This document shows positions 57,369 to 64,000 of a stretch of DNA of 64,000 nucleotides, in pieces (position 1 is the first letter of the stretch; each line of letters begins with the position of its first letter). The notes under the pieces are model-generated. The model saw nothing but the letters and a program-made list of their open reading frames with translations, ran no database searches and was not told the DNA's origin. Made by a program: the position numbers and the translations under genes. This stretch comes from Eledone cirrhosa (taxonomy: Eukaryota), in the NCBI GenBank assembly GCA_964016885.1, contig OZ024756.1, forward strand, positions 31,186,001 to 31,250,000. Reading direction: 5' to 3'.

Positions 57369-57830
57369 TATATATATATATATATATATGTGTATATATA
57401 TATACGGCACGTAGAACTGCTCAACCGCATATCCATCCACATTACACATTTCATTTGAGATTGAAAACCATTGTAAAGTTTCTGTGAGAGGAATAATAAT
57501 CTAATCAAAATTACAAAAACACCACACAAACACCTGACACACCTATACCTCTAATTTACCATTCAATTAATAGATCAAAGACATCAATAGTTACAACACA
57601 GCTCTTGTTATCTTTTGTCTTCTTTTCATTATCTATTATATTTCCTCCTGCTTTCGTTTCGATTCCTCTCATATAGATTACATTTCGCCTTTTGTTATTA
57701 CCACGTTAAAATCAACTACAATATTCTGTATTGTCTGAGAAACAACTACTCTACCAGACACCAGATATATCACGCTCTTTAAACGACTAAATACTGACAC
57801 TCAGAACACACAATCAGGTGACCACACACA

Positions 57831-58086
<256 letters not shown>

Positions 58087-58110
58087 TATTCATATATATA
58101 TATATATATG

Positions 58111-58154
<44 letters not shown>

Positions 58155-58160
58155 GATATA

Positions 58161-58245
<85 letters not shown>

Positions 58246-58254
58246 GTATGTATG

Positions 58255-58392
<138 letters not shown>

Positions 58393-58422
58393 TATTTATA
58401 TGTATATATATATATATATATA

Positions 58423-59413
58423 TAGCGGCGATGAGTTAGTTTTGCGAGGTTTTTTATATGAAATCGTGTGTCGAAACAGATATTGTTATATTTGGGGAGG
58501 GTCATATTTGAGTAATATTGCCAGAATTAATAACAGAACACACTCACTGTTTGGTTGGTTTTCGCTTCTCGCTGTCTTTTATATATATATATCTGCGATC
58601 TAACTTACTCGGTCCTCAATGTTGCCATTGACTGACCGGCGGTCAAAAATAATACAGATACAATATAGACAAACACATATATATATAGTTTACATAATTT
58701 ACATAAATCTTTCGTTGCACATCTGCAACATCGTCAGTGGTGTTATATTCATTGTTCCTCCTGTTGTGTTGTATGTCTACGCCATTTTTTTTTGTTCAGT
58801 CTGTCTATATATTTATTTATTTATTTGCTTGTTTGTTTATCTTATTTTATTTTGTCTTCTTTGCGCATGCGTTTGCGTGTGTGTATAGTGTTATGTGTGA
58901 TGTGTGACTAGTGTGTATAGTGTTGTGTCTGCTGGGTGACTAGTGTGTGTTTATGTGCTTGTGTATGTATTTATTTATCTTATTTTATTTAATTTAATTT
59001 ACTTATTTATTTATACTTCTCTTAGGTCAGTGTTGTTTGTTTGGGTGTTGTTGTTGTTCCACTCATTCTTTCTGTTTAGCCTTGGTCTTCTAATTTCTAT
59101 TTCACTGGCCTCTCTGATTTGCCTATCTGCTGGGTCATTCCTATGTTTAGATATTATTCTAATTTCTATGTTGTCTATGTTACCGTCATGTTGTTGTCTA
59201 GCATGTTCGTATAGTACTGACCCGTTTTTTCGTCCTTTTAGTTCCCCCCAGTGTTGGTCTATCCTTTCACCTATGGCAACATTGAGGACCGAGTAAGTTA
59301 GATCGCAGATATATATATATAAAAGACAGCGAGAAGCGAAAACCAACCAAACAGTGAGTGTGTTCTGTTATTAATTCTGGCAATATTACGCAAATATGAC
59401 CCTCCCCAAATAT

Positions 59414-59420
<7 letters not shown>
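58423..59420 (-). mobile_element. 5'-truncated Penelope-like element with inverted terminal copy (family E)
   Basis: 58479-58628 is the reverse complement of 59273-59420; encloses a GIY-YIG C-terminus; hammerhead-like CTGACGA-tGTTGCA gatg TGCAAC-GAAA at 58701-58740 (-); 55 bp tail; long (TA)n flanks. Confidence 0.85.
59011..59272 (-). pseudogene. C-terminal half of a Penelope-type GIY-YIG endonuclease
   Basis: ERIDQHW....GSVLYEHARQQH....IEIRII....RQIREASEI...RPRLNRKNEW fits the R..xH / S.L..H...H / R.I.EA..I / P.LN pattern. Confidence 0.82.
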
Positions 59421-59488
<68 letters not shown>

Positions 59489-59510
59489 CATAGATATATG
59501 TCTATATATA

Positions 59511-59555
<45 letters not shown>

Positions 59556-59657
59556 GTATGTATGTATGTATACTGGGGAGGTCAAAGAATGTGTGATGAA
59601 AGAGTTTTGACAATATATATATATATATGCAAAAGTTCTATTTAAAATTGTTGGGAT

Positions 59658-59767
<110 letters not shown>

Positions 59768-59936
59768 TATATAGATAGATATATACACATATATATGTAT
59801 GTTAACATTTAATCCCTCAGTTCAAGATCAAAGCATTTTAACGGCTTCAACTTGACTTACATTCTACTTTCTTTAAAGAATGCCCTACTAAGTTCTCAGG
59901 TGTCATCGAATAAAAATTAAAAAATAATAATAATAT

Positions 59937-60052
<116 letters not shown>

Positions 60053-60433
60053 CGTAATAAACATCACAATATAATTATTCCATTACAAAAGGATTCAGGA
60101 AACTAGACGATCTTTACAAAATATATATAACATATATATGTATATGCATATATATATATATATACATGTATATGTACATATATATACATACATATGCATA
60201 TATATATATATATGCATATATATACACACACATATATATATATATATATATATTCTTGTTCACAAGTGTTTTTAGACATCATATCATATTACCTTATTTT
60301 ATCTGATGAGAACGCAATTATCGTCCCAGGATGATATTTGTTTTTGAAATGCGCATAATTAATATATGGAACTTTTTAAACCATCTTTTAATTTCCTTTA
60401 CATGTATAGATATATAGATGTGTGCGTGTGTGT

Positions 60434-60547
<114 letters not shown>

Positions 60548-61210
60548 GTGTGTGTTCGTAGTCTCCACGGTCTCGGCACCGCAGGCTTTCAATATATACA
60601 CACACACACATATATATATATATGTGTGTGTAGATACATACATATGCACCAACATACATACATACTTACATACATATATGCATACATACATACATACATG
60701 CATACATATGTGTCTGCCTGTCTGTATGCGTGCATGTGTGTATGTGTCGGGTTGTCTGTGCGTGTGTATTTGTTCGTGTAAGTATGTTTTAAGTATATGT
60801 CTGTGGATCTATGTCTGTGCGTGTGTGTGTGTACGAGAGAGACTAGAAGTTCATCTCCTTCTTTTTCTTCACTGCCAATATGCTCCAGTGCTTCCGGCTA
60901 TTCGACTATTCGCTTATTCGGCCATTCTAGCGAAGAGCATCTATTTTCATTGTAATTTTCCATCTAAAAATATGAAGTGTCAAACAAACTCGTGTGTTGC
61001 TTACAAACTCCTGGACCGATTAAAACCATTTCTTTATACTTTGAATATGTGAAAAATTATTCATATATTCCAGCTTTTTGTTCGTTATTTTAATCTAGCG
61101 TTCCTTTCCTATACATTCGTTGACAAAAATCGGCTCCTCTTAAAAAATAGAAGTTATAATTAGCTATAAATTTATATAAAAATTTATTCACGTCGAAAAC
61201 AAAATACTAA

Positions 61211-61262
<52 letters not shown>

Positions 61263-61505
61263 ATATATATCATAGATATATATATATAGATATATATATA
61301 TCATAGATAGATAGATAGATTTATATATGTGTATATATATATATATATTTATATACACATATTGTATATATATATATATACATATATGTTTATATGTATA
61401 TATGTTTATATGTATTTATATATATATATATGTTTATATATATGTACATGTATATATATGTACATATATATATATGTGTGTGTGTGTGTGTATTTATCTA
61501 TATAA

Positions 61506-61544
<39 letters not shown>

Positions 61545-61721
61545 GATATATACAATATATACATGATAGTGATAATAGTAGTGTTCTGTCGCTGAATTTG
61601 TCCTTCTTGTTATTGTTGTTGTTGTTGATGGCACTGCTGTTCTCACTGTTGTTATTAATATTTTTCTTGTTTATTGTTCGCATCTACGTCTTTTTAAAGG
61701 TTGAGATGAATAGACTTCTTT

Positions 61722-62238
61722 ATAAATATCTAGTTTTTATTTTTATTTTTATTTATAAATATCTAGTTTTTAGTTTTATTTTTATTTTATATCTAGTTTT
61801 TATTTTTATTTTTATTTATAAATATCTAGTTTTTATTTTTATTTTTATTTTATATCTAGTTTTTATTTTTATTTTTATTTTATAAATATCTAGTTTCTAT
61901 TTTTATTTTTATTTTATAAATATCTAGTTTTTATTTTTATTTTTTTTTTATAAATATCTAGTTTTTATTTTTATTTTAATTTTATATCTAGTTTTTATTT
62001 TTATTTTTATTTTATAGATATCTAGTTTTTAGTTTTATTTTTATTTTATATCTAGTTTTTATTTTTATTTTTATTTTATATCTAGTTTTTATTTTTATTT
62101 TTATTTTATAAATATCTAGTTTTTATTTTTATTTTTATTTTATAAATATCTAGTTTTTAGTTTTATTTTTATTTTATATCTAGTTTTTATTTTTATTTTT
62201 ATTTTATAAATATCTAGTTTTTAGTTTTATTTTATTTT
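61722..62238. repeat. AT-rich ~30-36 bp minisatellite
   Basis: TATCTAG-(TTTTTA)n units, about 15 copies. Confidence 0.9.
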
Positions 62239-62364
62239 CTTACTTTCGTTTAGTCTCCGTCTTCAAAATAAAGTATAATCACAAATTATTCAAATTTTCG
62301 GACACTGGACGAGTGCGTGCAGGACGGTTTCGTCGCCCTGCGCGCATCTCGGACATGCCCGGCT

Positions 62365-62965
62365 GTGGAGGTATGGCGGTGTGTTTGGTGGTGGTGGTGG
62401 TGGTGGTGGTGGTGAGGGTGATGGTTGTTGATGTATGGCAGTGTGTTTGGTGGTGGTGGGGTGGGTGGTGGTGAGGTTGATGGTTGTGGAGGTATGGCGG
62501 TGTGTTTGGTGGTGGTGGTGGTGGTGGTGAGGTTGATGGTTATGGATGTATGGCGGTGTGTTTGGTGGTGGTGGTGGTGGTGGTGGTGAGGGTGATGGTT
62601 ATGGATGTATGGCGGTGTGTTTGGTGGTGGTGGTGTGGGTGGTGGTGAGGTTGATGGTTGTGGATGTATGGTGGTGTGTTTGGTGGTGGTGGTGGTGGTG
62701 GTGAGGGTGATGGTTGTTGATGTATGGCAGTGTGTTTGGTGGTGGTGGTGTGGGTGGTGGTGAGGTTGATGGTTGTGGAGGTATGGCGGTGTGTTTGCTG
62801 GTGGTGGTGGTGGTGGTGGTAGTGGTGGTGAGGTTGATGGTTATGGATGTATGGCGGTGTGTTTGGTGGTGGTGGTGGTGAGGGTGAGGTTGTTGATGTA
62901 TGGCAGTGTGTTTGGTGGTGGTGGTGTGGGTGGTGGTGAGGGTGATGGTTGTTGATGTATGGCAC
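62365..62965. repeat. GT-rich ~50-60 bp minisatellite
   Basis: Unit GTATGGCGGTGTGTTT(GGT)nGAGGKTGATGGTT. Confidence 0.9.
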
Positions 62966-63226
62966 CTCCATATTTTTCTTGTTTATTGTTCGCATCTACG
63001 TCTTTTTAAAGGTTGAGATGAATAGACTTCTTTATAAATATCTAGTTTTTATTTTTATTTTTATTTTATTTTCTTACTTTCGTTTAGTCTCCGTCTTCAA
63101 AATAAAGTATAATCACAAATTATTCAAATTTTTTCTCATCCAATGTTTGTGTTTCAATGATGTACAAGCACACACACACACACAAACAGACAGACACACA
63201 CACAAACACACACACAAACACACATC

Positions 63227-63260
<34 letters not shown>

Positions 63261-63318
63261 GGTATAAATATATATTCGCATAGGAAATTGGAACGTTATC
63301 CACTGAAGGTTCCTTAAA

Positions 63319-63354
63319 CCCTGATGAAGGGACTTTTAGATCCCGAAATATTGG
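63319..63354 (+). ncRNA. Minimal hammerhead-like motif
   Basis: CC-CTGATGA-aGGGA ctttta ga TCCC-GAAA-TATT-GG followed by AATAAA; helix I only 2 bp. Confidence 0.5.
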
Positions 63355-64000
63355 ACAAATAAAACAACAAAATATCAACAAAACAAAGATTACCAGGTAA
63401 CTTTTACTTTTCGTTACCTCGTCTTTCAGTCCATTTTGTATTGTTCAGCCTTCTATCTCTTTCAATGTTATAAATAATAAATAATAAATAATAAATGGGT
63501 GAGTTAGTTGTGTAAGTATATTCCATGGTAGTGGTGGTGCTGGCGGTGTTGATTCTGATGCTGCTAAATTTGGTGGTTGTAGTACTGTTGTTGCAGTGTC
63601 TGAGAGTGGTGGTGATAGTGCAGCTTTTGTTGTTGTTGTTGTTGTTGCTGCTGCTTGTGGTGGTGGTGGTGGTGGTTTTGCTGGCAGTGTTCATACTGCT
63701 GCTGTTAATTATGGTAGTTGTAGTGCTGCTTCTGCTGCTGGTGTTGTTGTTTGTGGTGGTGGTGGTGGTGTGTGGTGTGTGGTAGTGTTCACACTGCTAC
63801 TGTTTCTGATGGTGGTAGTGGTAGTATGCAGCTGTTGCCATTGTTGTCGTTGTTGTTTGTGGTGGTGGTGGGGTGGGGGGTGATACTGCTGCTACTGTTA
63901 TTGATGGTGGTAGTGATAATTCAGCTACTGCTGCTTTCGTTATTGTTGCTGGTGTTATTGTTATTGGTGTTGTTGTTTATATCATGTGTGTCCTATGTGT

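Overview
This is AT-rich, microsatellite-saturated eukaryotic non-coding DNA. The repeat landscape suggests a cephalopod/octopus-type genome (inference). No intact host gene is evident, and nearly all ORFs in the track are translations of (TA)n, (CA)n, (GA)n or triplet repeats. Real coding sequence is limited to retroelements: (1) a young 5'-truncated R4/Dong-type LINE with RT, CCHC and restriction-like endonuclease (27133-28950), followed by a second truncated copy; (2) the C-terminus of a Penelope-type GIY-YIG endonuclease (59050-59270, minus strand); (3) RTE and older REL-LINE relics. About 10 near-full copies of a tRNA-derived SINE with a Nin/Deu-like core are present, plus a second CORE-like SINE family. 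The most striking signal is at least 7 sequence-unrelated families (about 25 copies) of 100-300 bp elements embedded in (TA)n arrays. They carry minimal type-I hammerhead ribozyme folds and usually form a hairpin whose inversion point lies in or beside the ribozyme. Many also have a one-sided 65-90 bp tail with a shared GAGTRCY motif about 40-50 nt from the (TA)n junction. One such element encloses the GIY-YIG fragment, linking the set to microsatellite-targeting Penelope-like retroelements. Coordinates were read by eye and may be off by a few bases.
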